A model generated the notes under the pieces. The model searched no databases. It saw only the letters and a program-made list of their open reading frames with translations, and was not told the DNA's origin. From NCBI GenBank assembly GCA_965237805.1, contig OZ250153.1:1120001-1184000 (forward strand): a DNA stretch of 64,000 nucleotides, written 5' to 3'. Positions 27,583-37,410 of this stretch are shown here, in pieces. Position 1 is the first letter of the stretch, and the number at the start of each line of letters is the position of its first letter. The DNA comes from Gammaproteobacteria bacterium. GTDB lineage: Bacteria > Pseudomonadota > Gammaproteobacteria > JABABF01. Both the position numbers and the translations under genes were made by a program.

Positions 27583-28647
27583 TTAGTGCACTTGGGGCTG
27601 CAACTCGCCGCTGGCGTAGCGCGTGAACATTTGCTCGAGGCTGAGCGGGCGAATCTTCACGGCCTGCCCGGCGGTGCCGAAGGCCTGATAGCGCGTGATG
27701 CAGATCTTCTTCATCTCGACCAGCGTTTCCTTTAAGTATTTGCGCGGGTCAAACTCTGTCGGATTGGTGGCGAGGAAGCGGCGGATGGCACCGGTGGAGA
27801 CCAGCCGCAGGTCGGTGTCGATGTTGACTTTGCGCACACCGTGGCGGATGCCCTCTTGGATTTCCTCCACCGGCACGCCGTAGGTCTCTGCGATCTCGCC
27901 GCCGTGCTCGTTGATGGTGGCCAGCCATTCCTGCGGTACCGAGGAGGAGCCGTGCATCACCAGATGGGTGTTCGGCAGGCGCTCGTGGATGGCCTTGACG
28001 CGGTCGATGTCGAGGATGTCGCCGGTGGGGCGGCGCGAGAACTTATAGGCCCCGTGGCTGGTGCCGATGGCGATGGCCAGCGCGTCGACTTGGGTTTTGG
28101 CGACGAAGTCGGCGGCCTCTTCGGGGTCGGTGAGCAGTTGCTCGTGGCTCAGCGTGCCCTCGGCACCGATGCCATCCTCTTCGCCGGCTTCGCCGGTCTC
28201 CAGCGAGCCCAAGCAGCCCAGCTCGCCTTCCACCGAGACGCCGCAGGCGTGTGCCATATCCACTGTCTGGCGGGTGACATCGACGTTGTAGCTGTAGTCG
28301 GCAGGGGTTTTGCCGTCCTCGCGCAAGGAGCCGTCCATCATCACCGAGCTGAAGCCCAGTTGGATGGAGCGCTGGCAGACAGCGGGGGAGACGCCGTGGT
28401 CCTGGTGCATCACCACCGGAATGTGCGGGAACTCCTCGATGGCGGCGAGGATCAGGTGGCGCAGGAAGTTGGGCCCCGCGTATTTGCGCGCTCCAGCCGA
28501 GGCTTGGACGATGACCGGGCTGTCGGTCTCGTCTGCCGCTTCCATGATGGCGCGCATCTGCTCGAGATTGTTGACATTGAAAGCTGGCACGCCGTAGTCG
28601 TGTTCGGCGGCGTGATCCAGCAACTGGCGCATACTGATCAGGGCCAT
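27583..28647 (-). CDS. fba: fructose-bisphosphate aldolase class II
   Basis: [44 protein letters not shown]. Confidence 0.97.
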   Translation of the reverse strand: MALISMRQLLDHAAEHDYGVPAFNVNNLEQMRAIMEAADETDSPVIVQASAGARKYAGPNFLRHLILAAIEEFPHIPVVMHQDHGVSPAVCQRSIQLGFSSVMMDGSLREDGKTPADYSYNVDVTRQTVDMAHACGVSVEGELGCLGSLETGEAGEEDGIGAEGTLSHEQLLTDPEEAADFVAKTQVDALAIAIGTSHGAYKFSRRPTGDILDIDRVKAIHERLPNTHLVMHGSSSVPQEWLATINEHGGEIAETYGVPVEEIQEGIRHGVRKVNIDTDLRLVSTGAIRRFLATNPTEFDPRKYLKETLVEMKKICITRYQAFGTAGQAVKIRPLSLEQMFTRYASGELQPQVH

Positions 28648-28839
28648 GGCATCTCTCCTCACTCGTGCTGGTAGCAGAGCATTAGATGATAAGCGATTGA
28701 CGGTGTCCACCACCCCGGCGCTTGGCTCTGGGGCGTTCTGCCTTTGAAGCATCGGGGGATATGAGTAGCGGTGATTGGTATAGAAAATATGGAAAATGCA
28801 GCTAATACGCTATAATACATATCCAAAACAGCCATTTTG

Positions 28840-28864
28840 TATATGCATTGTCATAAAGCATATA
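28840..28864. promoter_or_regulatory. palindrome upstream of fic, putative operator
   Basis: TATATGC-N11-GCATATA in an AT-rich intergenic region. Confidence 0.4.
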
Positions 28865-28890
28865 TAAAAACGCATATAAGGAACCCCGCC

Positions 28891-29991
28891 ATGCCAATCT
28901 CGGGCCCCCACATAGACCCCCTGCCACCGGCGCAGCAGCTGAATACGATCCCTGTACTGACCGCATTGGCGGATGCGCGCTCCGCTTTGGGAGAATTGCG
29001 CGGCACAGCCAAAAGCCTGCCCAATCAGAGCGTTGTGATTGATACGCTGTTCTTACAAGAGGCGCTGGCCAGTTCGGAGATAGAGAATATCGTCACCACA
29101 CAAGACGAAGCATTTCGGTCCGGTTTGTTTGGAAATACCGGCACGGTGGAGGCCAAAGAAGTCGCCCGCTATCGCGATGCCATGCAGCGAGGCTATCAAG
29201 CATGGCGGGAAAACCGCTTCATTAGCGAGAACATGTTGATCGACATGTTCCGCGTTCTCAAACAGCGCAGTGACGGCTACCGCCAAGCTCCCGGCACAGT
29301 GTTGCGGAATCAACAAACGGGCCGCGATGTCTATGTGCCCCCGCAGGACGCGCAACAAATCGTCGCTTATATGCGCGACCTTGAGGCCTTTATCAATGGG
29401 GACGAAGCGGCGCTCGACCCGCTGATAAAAATGGCGCTCATCCACCACCAATTTGAGAGCATTCACCCTTTCCCGGATGGCAACGGGCGCGTTGGGCGTA
29501 TCTTGAATGTGCTGTATCTATGCCATGCCAATTTATTAGACGCGCCGATACTGTACTTAAGCCGTGCGATCAACGCCACCAAGCTGGAGTATTACCGCCT
29601 GCTACAAGCGGTGCGCGATGACGGCATTTGGGAAGATTGGGTGATCTATATGCTGAAAGCGGTGACCAAAACGGCTCGATCAACGCTTAAGCTGGTTGAA
29701 GATATCCGGGGTCTGATGCAGCAGACTAAGCATCGCCTGCGCAGCGAACTTCCCAAAATCTACTCGCAGGATTTGTTGAACAATCTGTTCCGATACCCGT
29801 ACACACGGATTGCTTATTTGGCGCGGGATTTGCCACATGGACACCAAACGGCCCGCAGCTATCTCAAGCAATTGACGAATGCCGGATTTGTCCGCGAGGT
29901 GCGACAGGGTCGCAATAATTATTACATCAATGAACCGCTAGTCGCCTTATTCCTCAAGGTTGGCGCGGAAGATGAATCGCACGGAGCCTAG
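28891..29991 (+). CDS. Fic family protein (N-terminal inhibitory helix, C-terminal HTH)
   Basis: HPFPDGNGRVGR catalytic motif; SSEIEN inhibitory motif. Confidence 0.93.
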   Translation: MPISGPHIDPLPPAQQLNTIPVLTALADARSALGELRGTAKSLPNQSVVIDTLFLQEALASSEIENIVTTQDEAFRSGLFGNTGTVEAKEVARYRDAMQRGYQAWRENRFISENMLIDMFRVLKQRSDGYRQAPGTVLRNQQTGRDVYVPPQDAQQIVAYMRDLEAFINGDEAALDPLIKMALIHHQFESIHPFPDGNGRVGRILNVLYLCHANLLDAPILYLSRAINATKLEYYRLLQAVRDDGIWEDWVIYMLKAVTKTARSTLKLVEDIRGLMQQTKHRLRSELPKIYSQDLLNNLFRYPYTRIAYLARDLPHGHQTARSYLKQLTNAGFVREVRQGRNNYYINEPLVALFLKVGAEDESHGA

Positions 29992-31625
29992 ACCTTGCCG
30001 TAGAAGCGTTCCGGATACTTCTGCTCGGCATCTTGGTTCAGATAGTCGTCGAAATATTTGAAGGATTGCCGCAACCGCAGCACATCGCGCCAATCGATGA
30101 TCATGACGCGGGTGGGCTCCAGTGCACGCACCTCGCTGTGCACCACGGTTTCAAAGGATTTGAGGCGGTCGCCGATATGCTCTTGCGGCCCCACTTCACG
30201 TCGGAACTCCTCGCCGTCCGGGGTTGTCATGCGCAGCTCCAAGCGTCCGGATTGCACCAAATAGAAGCCGTCCAGCAGCTGGCCGGGGCGCAGCACGTGG
30301 TCGCCGGTGCCGTAGTGGGCGAAGCGCACTGCCGGGCGTCGATCCTGCTTCAGCTCGACGATGCTGCGTGGCATGATGTAGTCCAGCATCCAGTCCAGTG
30401 ACACCCGTAGCCGTGTGGCGATGCCCGGCAGCATCATCAGGTAGAAGCCGCGCCACAGAAACCAGGCCAGAAAGCCGGTGAGATTGATGCCGAGCAGCTG
30501 CGCCACCCCACGGTAGGCACCGATTGAGGCCATCGCGCCCAGCGGCCGGTAATTGAAGCGCTGCAGCGGGCGGCCCGCCACGGTGGCGGCGATGTTGCGG
30601 GCCAGCAGCTTGGCCTCGCGCACTGCGAACTGCGCCGTCGGCGGCGCATAGCGCGGCGGAGCCCCCGCCCCCTCGGCGGGTAGCGGGATCAGCGCCGCAT
30701 CGCCCAGCGCCCAGATGTTCTCGCTGCCGCGCAGGCGTAGCTGCCCGTCGGTGACGAGGCGGCCGCGCTCGCACTGCGGCAGGCTGGCGGCCAGCGGCGT
30801 CGGGCCGCTGCCGATGGTGGCGACGACGGTCGCCGTGGCCAGCTGCTCGCCGCCATCCAGCTCGACATAGGTGGCGGTGGCGGCGCTCAGCGAGCAGTTG
30901 AGCCGCACCTCAATGCCGCGCCGCTCCAAGTGCCGCTGGGCATAGCCGCCGAGCGCCTCCGGCAACTCGGCCAGCAGTCGCTCGTCGCGCTGTATCAGTA
31001 CGAAGCGCAGCTCTTCGGCGCGCACATTGCGGTAGTAGCGCAGCGCACGGCGGGCCATATCGGCCAACTCACCGATGGTTTCGACACCGGAGAAGCCGCC
31101 GCCGACGACCACAAAGCACAGTGCACGGGCTTTGTGTGCCTCGAAGCGGGTGATGTCGGCCCACTCCAAGCAGTGCAACACATGGTTGCGCAGCGCGAAG
31201 GCATCGCCCAAGTCCTTCATTCGCAGCGCGTGCTCTTCCAAGCCCGGCACCCGCGACAGCGCGGCGGTGGTGCCGCCAGCGAGCACCAGGTGATCCCACG
31301 GCACTTCGACCAAGCGCTTGCGCTGTCCCTGCAGCACCGCCAGCGTGCGTGCTTCGACATCGACCCGCATGACCTCGGCCAAGCGGAAGTGGATGTTGGG
31401 GCCGAGCAGGGCGCGGTGTGGGGTGACGGCATCTTGGGCGTTGATGGTGCCGGAGGCCACCTCCGGTAGCAAGGGCTGGAAGACGAAGTAGTTCTCGTCG
31501 TTGATCAGCTCGATGTGGAGCTCGGAGGGGCGGCACAGCCGCCGCAGGGCACGGGCCGCGAAAGCACCGCCGAAGCCGCCGCCCACGAAGACGACACGTG
31601 GCGTGGAGGCGCGATTTTCTGCCAC
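29988..31625 (-). CDS. type II NADH dehydrogenase-like flavoprotein with C-terminal cNMP-binding-fold domain
   Basis: GGGFGG, FQPLLPEVA, GGGFSGVE, WALGD, AQFAVRE; C-terminal FYLVQSGRLE...VRALEPT. Confidence 0.85.
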   Translation of the reverse strand: MAENRASTPRVVFVGGGFGGAFAARALRRLCRPSELHIELINDENYFVFQPLLPEVASGTINAQDAVTPHRALLGPNIHFRLAEVMRVDVEARTLAVLQGQRKRLVEVPWDHLVLAGGTTAALSRVPGLEEHALRMKDLGDAFALRNHVLHCLEWADITRFEAHKARALCFVVVGGGFSGVETIGELADMARRALRYYRNVRAEELRFVLIQRDERLLAELPEALGGYAQRHLERRGIEVRLNCSLSAATATYVELDGGEQLATATVVATIGSGPTPLAASLPQCERGRLVTDGQLRLRGSENIWALGDAALIPLPAEGAGAPPRYAPPTAQFAVREAKLLARNIAATVAGRPLQRFNYRPLGAMASIGAYRGVAQLLGINLTGFLAWFLWRGFYLMMLPGIATRLRVSLDWMLDYIMPRSIVELKQDRRPAVRFAHYGTGDHVLRPGQLLDGFYLVQSGRLELRMTTPDGEEFRREVGPQEHIGDRLKSFETVVHSEVRALEPTRVMIIDWRDVLRLRQSFKYFDDYLNQDAEQKYPERFYGKV

Positions 31626-31785
31626 GGGTGCTGAGGTCCGGAGAGGGTCTTAATCCGTAGTCTACCAGCCCCGACAGTCCCAAGGGGCACTCGCGACTGC
31701 GCTCGCTATTGCGGTGTGGGCAATGCTCATTAGAGCGGAGTACTGCCAAGCACCCCAGCAAATGGCCACATAGGGTGCGGTGATG

Positions 31786-31794
31786 TGCTATACT
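31786..31794 (+). promoter_or_regulatory. extended -10 promoter element
   Basis: TGcTATACT. Confidence 0.55.
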
Positions 31795-31876
31795 GGCTTC
31801 CAGTGGTCAGGAGGTGAGGCTTTCGGTCTAGCTACTACCACCTAAAAAAACTCATTACCCACCAAGGTATTACCCA

Positions 31877-31966
31877 ATGAAAAAATCGATTTTGACACTC
31901 GTCATCCTAGCTTCTCCCCTGATGTTGTCCGCTTGTGACTATCTGCGGGAAATGATGGGCGGTTGA
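31877..31966 (+). CDS. 29 aa small lipoprotein MKKSILTLVILASPLMLSAC-DYLREMMGG (not in ORF track)
   Basis: MKK n-region, hydrophobic h-region, LSAC lipobox, AAGG upstream, own promoter and terminator. Confidence 0.7.
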   Translation: MKKSILTLVILASPLMLSACDYLREMMGG

Positions 31967-32084
31967 GCCAAGTTTAATTTGGCTTTAGCCAAATCCCAAA
32001 GCGTGTGGATGCGCGTCTTCTAGCCGTTGCATCCACACGCCACCAACTCGGGAAAGCTCCGAGTCCCATAGTCAATATGGGAAT

Positions 32085-32121
32085 AAAGCACTGTGCAGCT
32101 GACAGCCTCACAGTGTTTTTT
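32085..32121 (+). terminator. intrinsic terminator
   Basis: CACTGTG / CACAGTG stem followed by TTTTTT. Confidence 0.7.
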
Positions 32122-32246
32122 CTGTGTACTAGGCTAGTTTAGCAATCCTTGACGCCCCTGCATTTTGTGCGCCACATCTGCCACTTGTATGGTGGCAATG
32201 CAATACAGGCATGACACAGCGCTTCTAGCAGCCGTGGGTGCCGAGC

Positions 32247-32532
32247 CTAGCAGAGCGTACCCGACGGCGTATGAGGAACTTGGGCCTGCTGTTGGATGAA
32301 TTCTTGCAATAAAGGCAGGCCGAAAGTGTAGCGACCGTGTCGATTTTTGAACAGCCAGCCCTGTTCGGCCAGCCTCGCTAGCATTTGGTTGATATTGCTG
32401 GTGCTGAAGGGTTTGCCGAGCCCCTGCGATGCCTGTGCGATCTGCTGGATGGAGAATTCTTCCTCGTGGTGTTCCAGCTGCGCGATGATCTGCAGCAACT
32501 CGCGTTGGCGGTCAGTGGCTTTTGCCCAGCCC
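32247..32532 (-). pseudogene. C-terminal winged-helix fragment of an AAA ATP-binding protein
   Basis: WAKATDRQRELL...INQMLARLAEQGWLFKNRHGRYTF; begins at maeB stop with no start of its own. Confidence 0.65.
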
Positions 32533-33783
32533 CTACTCCCCCAACGGATACCAATCCGGGTACCCCAGCCGGGCCACGCCGCTGTCCACGGCGGCTCGTG
32601 CCACGGCACCAGCTATGCGGCCCAGTAGTCGTGGGTCCAAGGGCTTGGGAATGATGTAGTCCGGCCCGTATTCCAACGAGTTCACGTTGTAGGCTTGCAG
32701 CACTTCTGCGGGTACCGGCTCGCGGGCCAACTCGGCCAAGGCTTGGGCGGAGGCGACTTTCATTTCCTCATTGATGCGCCGCGCTCCCACATCCAGCGCG
32801 CCGCGGAAGATGAACGGGAAGCCGAGCACGTTGTTCACTTGGTTGGGGTAGTCCGAGCGGCCGGTCGCCATGATCAGATCGTCGCGCAATGCCAAGGCTG
32901 TCTCCGGGGCGATTTCGGGGTCGGGGTTGGAGCAGGCAAAGATGATGGGCTTGGGAGCCATGCTCTGTAGGGCTTCGCTCGGTAGCAGGTTGGCTCCGGA
33001 CAAGCCGACGAAGACATCGGCACCCATGCAGGCATCCGCCAAGCTGCGGGCATCGGTGTCGCGGGCGAATTCCTGTTTGTAGGAGTTCATGCCCTCGCTA
33101 CGCCCTTCGTAGATCACGCCCTTGCTGTCCACCATCAGCAGCTGGTCGCGGCGCGCGCCAGCGGCGATGAAGATCTTCATGCAGGCGATGGCTGCCGCAC
33201 CGGCACCGAGGCAGACGATTTGCGCATCCTCTATGCGTTTGCCCTGGATGTCGAGCGCGTTCAACAGGCCAGCCAAGGTAACCAGCGCGGTGCCGTGTTG
33301 GTCGTCGTGGAAGATCGGGATGTCGCATTGCTCGATCAGTGCGCGCTCGATCTCAAAGCAATCCGGTGCCTTGATATCCTCCAAGTTGATGCCGCCGAAG
33401 CTGCAGGAGATGCGCCGCACGGTGTCGATAAAGGCTTGGGGGTCGGTCTCGTCGACTTCGATGTCAATGGAATCCACCGCCCCGAAGCGCTTGAACAGTA
33501 GCGATTTTCCCTCCATCACTGGCTTGCTGGCCAGTGCGCCGAGATTGCCCAGCCCCAGTATCGCCGTGCCATTGGAGATCACGGCCACCAAGTTGCCCTT
33601 GATGGTGTAGCGGTAGGCCTCGTCGGGGTTTGCGGCGATCTCGCGTACCGGCTCGGCCACGCCGGGGCTGTAGGCCAGCGCCAAGTCATGTTGGCTCTCG
33701 GCCGGGGTGGTCAGCTCCACGGAGATCTTGCCCGGTTTGGGCTTGGCATGATAGTCCAGTGCTTCTTGTTTTTTGTAACTCAT
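32533..33783 (-). CDS. maeB: malic enzyme (short form, no PTA domain)
   Basis: LAYSPGVAEP, NGTAILGLG, GINLEDI, FHDDQHGT, ATGRSDYPNQVNN. Confidence 0.95.
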   Translation of the reverse strand: MSYKKQEALDYHAKPKPGKISVELTTPAESQHDLALAYSPGVAEPVREIAANPDEAYRYTIKGNLVAVISNGTAILGLGNLGALASKPVMEGKSLLFKRFGAVDSIDIEVDETDPQAFIDTVRRISCSFGGINLEDIKAPDCFEIERALIEQCDIPIFHDDQHGTALVTLAGLLNALDIQGKRIEDAQIVCLGAGAAAIACMKIFIAAGARRDQLLMVDSKGVIYEGRSEGMNSYKQEFARDTDARSLADACMGADVFVGLSGANLLPSEALQSMAPKPIIFACSNPDPEIAPETALALRDDLIMATGRSDYPNQVNNVLGFPFIFRGALDVGARRINEEMKVASAQALAELAREPVPAEVLQAYNVNSLEYGPDYIIPKPLDPRLLGRIAGAVARAAVDSGVARLGYPDWYPLGE

Positions 33784-33869
33784 TGTTCTTGTCCTACATG
33801 GGATTTGTTTGGCTAATCTGTCTTTGCTTGAGATGGGATAGCCGCACCGCGTCGTGTGCGTGTGCCCCC

Positions 33870-34709
33870 TCAGGGGGCATCAATGCCGTGGCAGTCCTTG
33901 TCTGGGCGGCGCATCAGTAGGGCGGGATGATGCAGGGACATGCGCAACCGTGCCAGCCCGTCGCCACTGCGTCCCGCTATCACCAGCCAACCGCGCAATT
34001 CTATGCAGGTGCCGCCCGGGGTATCCCACAGCCAGTGGTCGCGGAAATACACCAGCGAGGCGCTGGGTACCGGCAGATAGAGCCGTTTGCCCATCAGCAG
34101 CGCCGAGCGCCGTCGCTGGCCAAAGGTGCGCGCAACGCCCAGCACGCGGCGGAATCCGGTGTCGGCGCTGCCCAGCGAGGCCACCGGGCGTGCCGCGTAG
34201 TAGGGTTCGTCCCACACGCCACGCAGCGCTTCGCGCGCCTCGGCCTCGGCCGCCGCATATTCTTCCCAGTGTGCCGTGTTCGGCGGAATCATCGCCTGCA
34301 TCCCCAGCCCTTGGCGCAGCAGCTCCGCTGCCAGTAGCCGCCCGTCGGGGTGGCGCGCATGGGCCAGCAGGCGACCGTAGCGGTCTCGCCGCTCGCTGCC
34401 GCTCTGTAACAGCACCCGGTAGCGGGGATTGTCCGTCCCGATCAGGGTTTGCAATGCCGACCGTGCTGTCTCTGCCAGTGGTTCTGGCATGCCCCTGCGC
34501 CGACCGCGCAGGCGCAGCTCGGGGGTGTTGATGCCGATCAGCCGCAGCTTTTCGCCATTCTTGAGTCGCAGTGTGTCGCCGTCCACCACCTGCAGCACTT
34601 GCCGCCACTCGCTCTGTTGGACCCCGGGTACCGCAGCATTCGCCGCCATGGCCGCTGAGCCCAGCCACAATGCGGTGAGCAAGGCAGTCCATCTGTGGGC
34701 GCACACCAT
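33870..34709 (-). CDS. thermonuclease (SNase) family protein, exported
   Basis: VVDGDTL, RLIGINTPE, DRYGRLLAH, EAEAREALRGVW; signal peptide. Confidence 0.88.
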   Translation of the reverse strand: MVCAHRWTALLTALWLGSAAMAANAAVPGVQQSEWRQVLQVVDGDTLRLKNGEKLRLIGINTPELRLRGRRRGMPEPLAETARSALQTLIGTDNPRYRVLLQSGSERRDRYGRLLAHARHPDGRLLAAELLRQGLGMQAMIPPNTAHWEEYAAAEAEAREALRGVWDEPYYAARPVASLGSADTGFRRVLGVARTFGQRRRSALLMGKRLYLPVPSASLVYFRDHWLWDTPGGTCIELRGWLVIAGRSGDGLARLRMSLHHPALLMRRPDKDCHGIDAP

Positions 34710-34771
34710 ATTGAAGCACGATGGATGGTGACGGGGACGGCGGGCAAAGCACCCGCCAGCGGAGTACCCGC

Positions 34772-34999
34772 TCAGTCCGTCGCAGGCTCCTGCCCCGTGT
34801 CACCGAAGCGTTTTCGGAAGCGATCCACCCGACCGCCCGTATCGATGATTTTCTGCTGGCCAGTGAAAAAAGGATGGCACTTTGAGCAAACCTCAATGGA
34901 GATCTGCTTGGCGGCGAGTGTCGAGCGTGTCTGCAGCTCATTGCCGCAGCTACAACGCACGGTGATGTCCTGATAGTTGGGATGGATGCCAGCTCTCAT
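34772..34999 (-). CDS. rpmE: 50S ribosomal protein L31 (zinc-binding type)
   Basis: [27 protein letters not shown]. Confidence 0.97.
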   Translation of the reverse strand: MRAGIHPNYQDITVRCSCGNELQTRSTLAAKQISIEVCSKCHPFFTGQQKIIDTGGRVDRFRKRFGDTGQEPATD

Positions 35000-35087
35000 A
35001 ATTTACTCCAAGCTGCCCCAATGGCATGCTGATTTCGCTTCTTGTCTCTGACTATTTTAGCAAAATTTGGCGACGGCGGGCGATACA

Positions 35088-37358
35088 ATGCCAGAGTCGC
35101 CGCCACGCACCGAGTCCTTGCCCCCTGCCTCCAAGTCTGCGCGCAAGCCGCAGCCCCCGCAAAACGGGTTTTCCGGCACTGTATTGCGAGTCGCCCTGCC
35201 GGTGCCGTTGCGGCGGCTGTTCGACTATCTGTTGCCAACGGATGCGCCGCCGGGATCGGTGTTTCCCGGTAGCCGTCTACAGTTGCCTTTCGGCCCGCGC
35301 CAACTGCTCGGTGTCGTTGTCGAGTCGGCGGCGGGTAGCGATTTACCGTCGTCTAAGCTGCGTGCGGCCACCCGTTTGCTGGATGCCGAGCCGGTCTTTG
35401 ACCCAACGCTGCTATCGCTGTGTCGGCGCGTGGCCCGCTATTACCAGTGTCCGCCCGGCATCGCATTGCACACAGCATTGCCAGCGGCGTTGCGCCGAAG
35501 TCGCGCCAAACGCGTGGTGCGCTACTGTCTGAACCACGCTGGCGTCGCTGACAGCCACCCGCGCCGAGCCGATATCTGCGCTGCGCTGGCGCGGGGGGTG
35601 GCGCTGTCGACGGCGGAGTTGGGCGCGCTCGGGATCAGCCCTGGGCGGCTGCGCACGGCGCGTCGGGCGGGGCTGATCGAGCTGGCCGCCGCCGCGCCGC
35701 TGTCGCTGCCCACCCCCGCCGTGCCGCCGATACTGGGGACGGGCGACGAGCCGCCCTTGGCGCTACGCGCCGAGCAACGCCAAGTGGTGGCGGCGGTGCG
35801 GGATGCCTTTGGCGGTTTCCGGCCCTTCCTGCTGCACGGCATCGCTGGTAGCGGCAAGACGGAGGTCTATCTGCATCTGATCGCCGAGGCTTTGGAGCGC
35901 GGCCTGCAGGTGCTGATACTGGTGCCGGAGATCGGTTTGACACCGCAGCTGCTGCGCCGTATCCGCCGTCGCTTCAAAGTGCCGATTGCGCTGTCCCATT
36001 CCGGCCTCAGCCCGCGCGAGCGGCTGGATTGCTGGGCCGCCGCGCGCAGCGATCAGGCACCAGTTGTCGTCGGCACCCGCTCGGCGGTCTTCACGCCGCT
36101 GGCGCGGCCCGGGCTGATCATTGTCGACGAGGAGCACGACCCTTCTTTCAAGCAGCACAGCGGACTGATGTATTCGGGCCGCGATGTGGCGGTGATGCGG
36201 GCGCAGCAGCAGGGGGTGCCGGTGCTGCTGGGATCGGCCACGCCCAGCTTGGAGAGCTTGCGCAACTGCCATGTCGGGCGCTATGCCCTGTTGCGTTTGG
36301 AGCAGCGCGCCAACGAGCGAGCGCCGCCCGTGCCGCAGCTGATCGACCTGAGCCAGCACCAAGAGCTGCGCGGCGGCCTGTCGCAGCCGCTGATCGAGGC
36401 GGTCGGCGATGTGCTGCATGCGGGCCGTCAAGTGCTGTTGTTCCTGAACCGGCGCGGTTATGCTCCAGCGCTGTGCTGCAAGCAATGCGGCTGGCATGCG
36501 GACTGCCCGGATTGCGATGCGCAGCTGGTGCTGCACGAGGGTCAATCGGGGTTGTGCTGCCACCACTGCGGGCGCAACGAGCCGGTTCCCGGGCGCTGTC
36601 CCAGCTGTGGCGTCGCTTCGCTGCGTCCCAGCGGCTATGGCACGCAGCGCAACGAGCGGGCGTTGCGCGGCCTATTCCCTGGCGTGCCAATCCACCGCAT
36701 CGATCGTGATGCCACTGCTGAGAGCGGTCAAGAGGAGCTGCTGGCGGCGATACCGCGCAGCGGGGCCTGCATCCTGCTCGGCACGCAGATGCTGGCCAAG
36801 GGGCATCATTTCCCGGAGGTCACGCTGGCCTGTGTGCTCGATGCTGACAGTGGCTTGTTCAACCCCAATTACCGTAGCATTGAACGCTTGGGGCAGCTGC
36901 TGGTGCAGGTGGCCGGACGCGCCGGGCGCCAGCGCCACAGCGGCAAGGTTTTGGTGCAGACCCTGCATCCGGCACACCCGTTATTCGAGACGCTGTTCCA
37001 GTTTGGCTACACGGCCTTCGCCGAGCGCCTGCTGGCCGACAGCGAGGCGCGCGGTCGCCCGCCCTCAGTGCATATGGCGCTCCTGCGCGCCGCCGCTCCC
37101 AAGGCGGAGTTGGCGCTGGACTTCCTGCGCACGGCGCGGCGCTGGGTCGAGGGCGGTGCCTGCCGCCTGCTGGGGCCCTTGCCGGCCTTGCCAGCACGCC
37201 GCGCTGGACGGCACCACTACTTTCTGTCGCTGGAGTGCCCCCGGCGCGAGCCCTTGCAGGCTGTGTTGACGGAGCTGTGCCAGCGGCTGGAGGTGCGGCG
37301 TCGCCCCGCCGGGCTACGCTGGACGGTGGATGTGGGATGTGGATATGGAGGCGGGTAG
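35088..37358 (+). CDS. priA: primosomal protein N'
   Basis: GSGKTEVY, LVPEIGLTPQ, DEEHD, GSATPS, four CxxC, QVAGRAGR. Confidence 0.95.
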   Translation: MPESPPRTESLPPASKSARKPQPPQNGFSGTVLRVALPVPLRRLFDYLLPTDAPPGSVFPGSRLQLPFGPRQLLGVVVESAAGSDLPSSKLRAATRLLDAEPVFDPTLLSLCRRVARYYQCPPGIALHTALPAALRRSRAKRVVRYCLNHAGVADSHPRRADICAALARGVALSTAELGALGISPGRLRTARRAGLIELAAAAPLSLPTPAVPPILGTGDEPPLALRAEQRQVVAAVRDAFGGFRPFLLHGIAGSGKTEVYLHLIAEALERGLQVLILVPEIGLTPQLLRRIRRRFKVPIALSHSGLSPRERLDCWAAARSDQAPVVVGTRSAVFTPLARPGLIIVDEEHDPSFKQHSGLMYSGRDVAVMRAQQQGVPVLLGSATPSLESLRNCHVGRYALLRLEQRANERAPPVPQLIDLSQHQELRGGLSQPLIEAVGDVLHAGRQVLLFLNRRGYAPALCCKQCGWHADCPDCDAQLVLHEGQSGLCCHHCGRNEPVPGRCPSCGVASLRPSGYGTQRNERALRGLFPGVPIHRIDRDATAESGQEELLAAIPRSGACILLGTQMLAKGHHFPEVTLACVLDADSGLFNPNYRSIERLGQLLVQVAGRAGRQRHSGKVLVQTLHPAHPLFETLFQFGYTAFAERLLADSEARGRPPSVHMALLRAAAPKAELALDFLRTARRWVEGGACRLLGPLPALPARRAGRHHYFLSLECPRREPLQAVLTELCQRLEVRRRPAGLRWTVDVGCGYGGG

Positions 37359-37410
37359 CGTGGAGGATATGGGCTGAGGGATGCGTGCCGACGGATTGTC
37401 CCGCGCTACT

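Noticed and set aside
31800-32121. tmRNA, RNase P, SRP or CsrB/RsmZ RNA
   Set aside because: No tRNA-like ends or P4 consensus, and GGA motifs are not regularly presented in loops.
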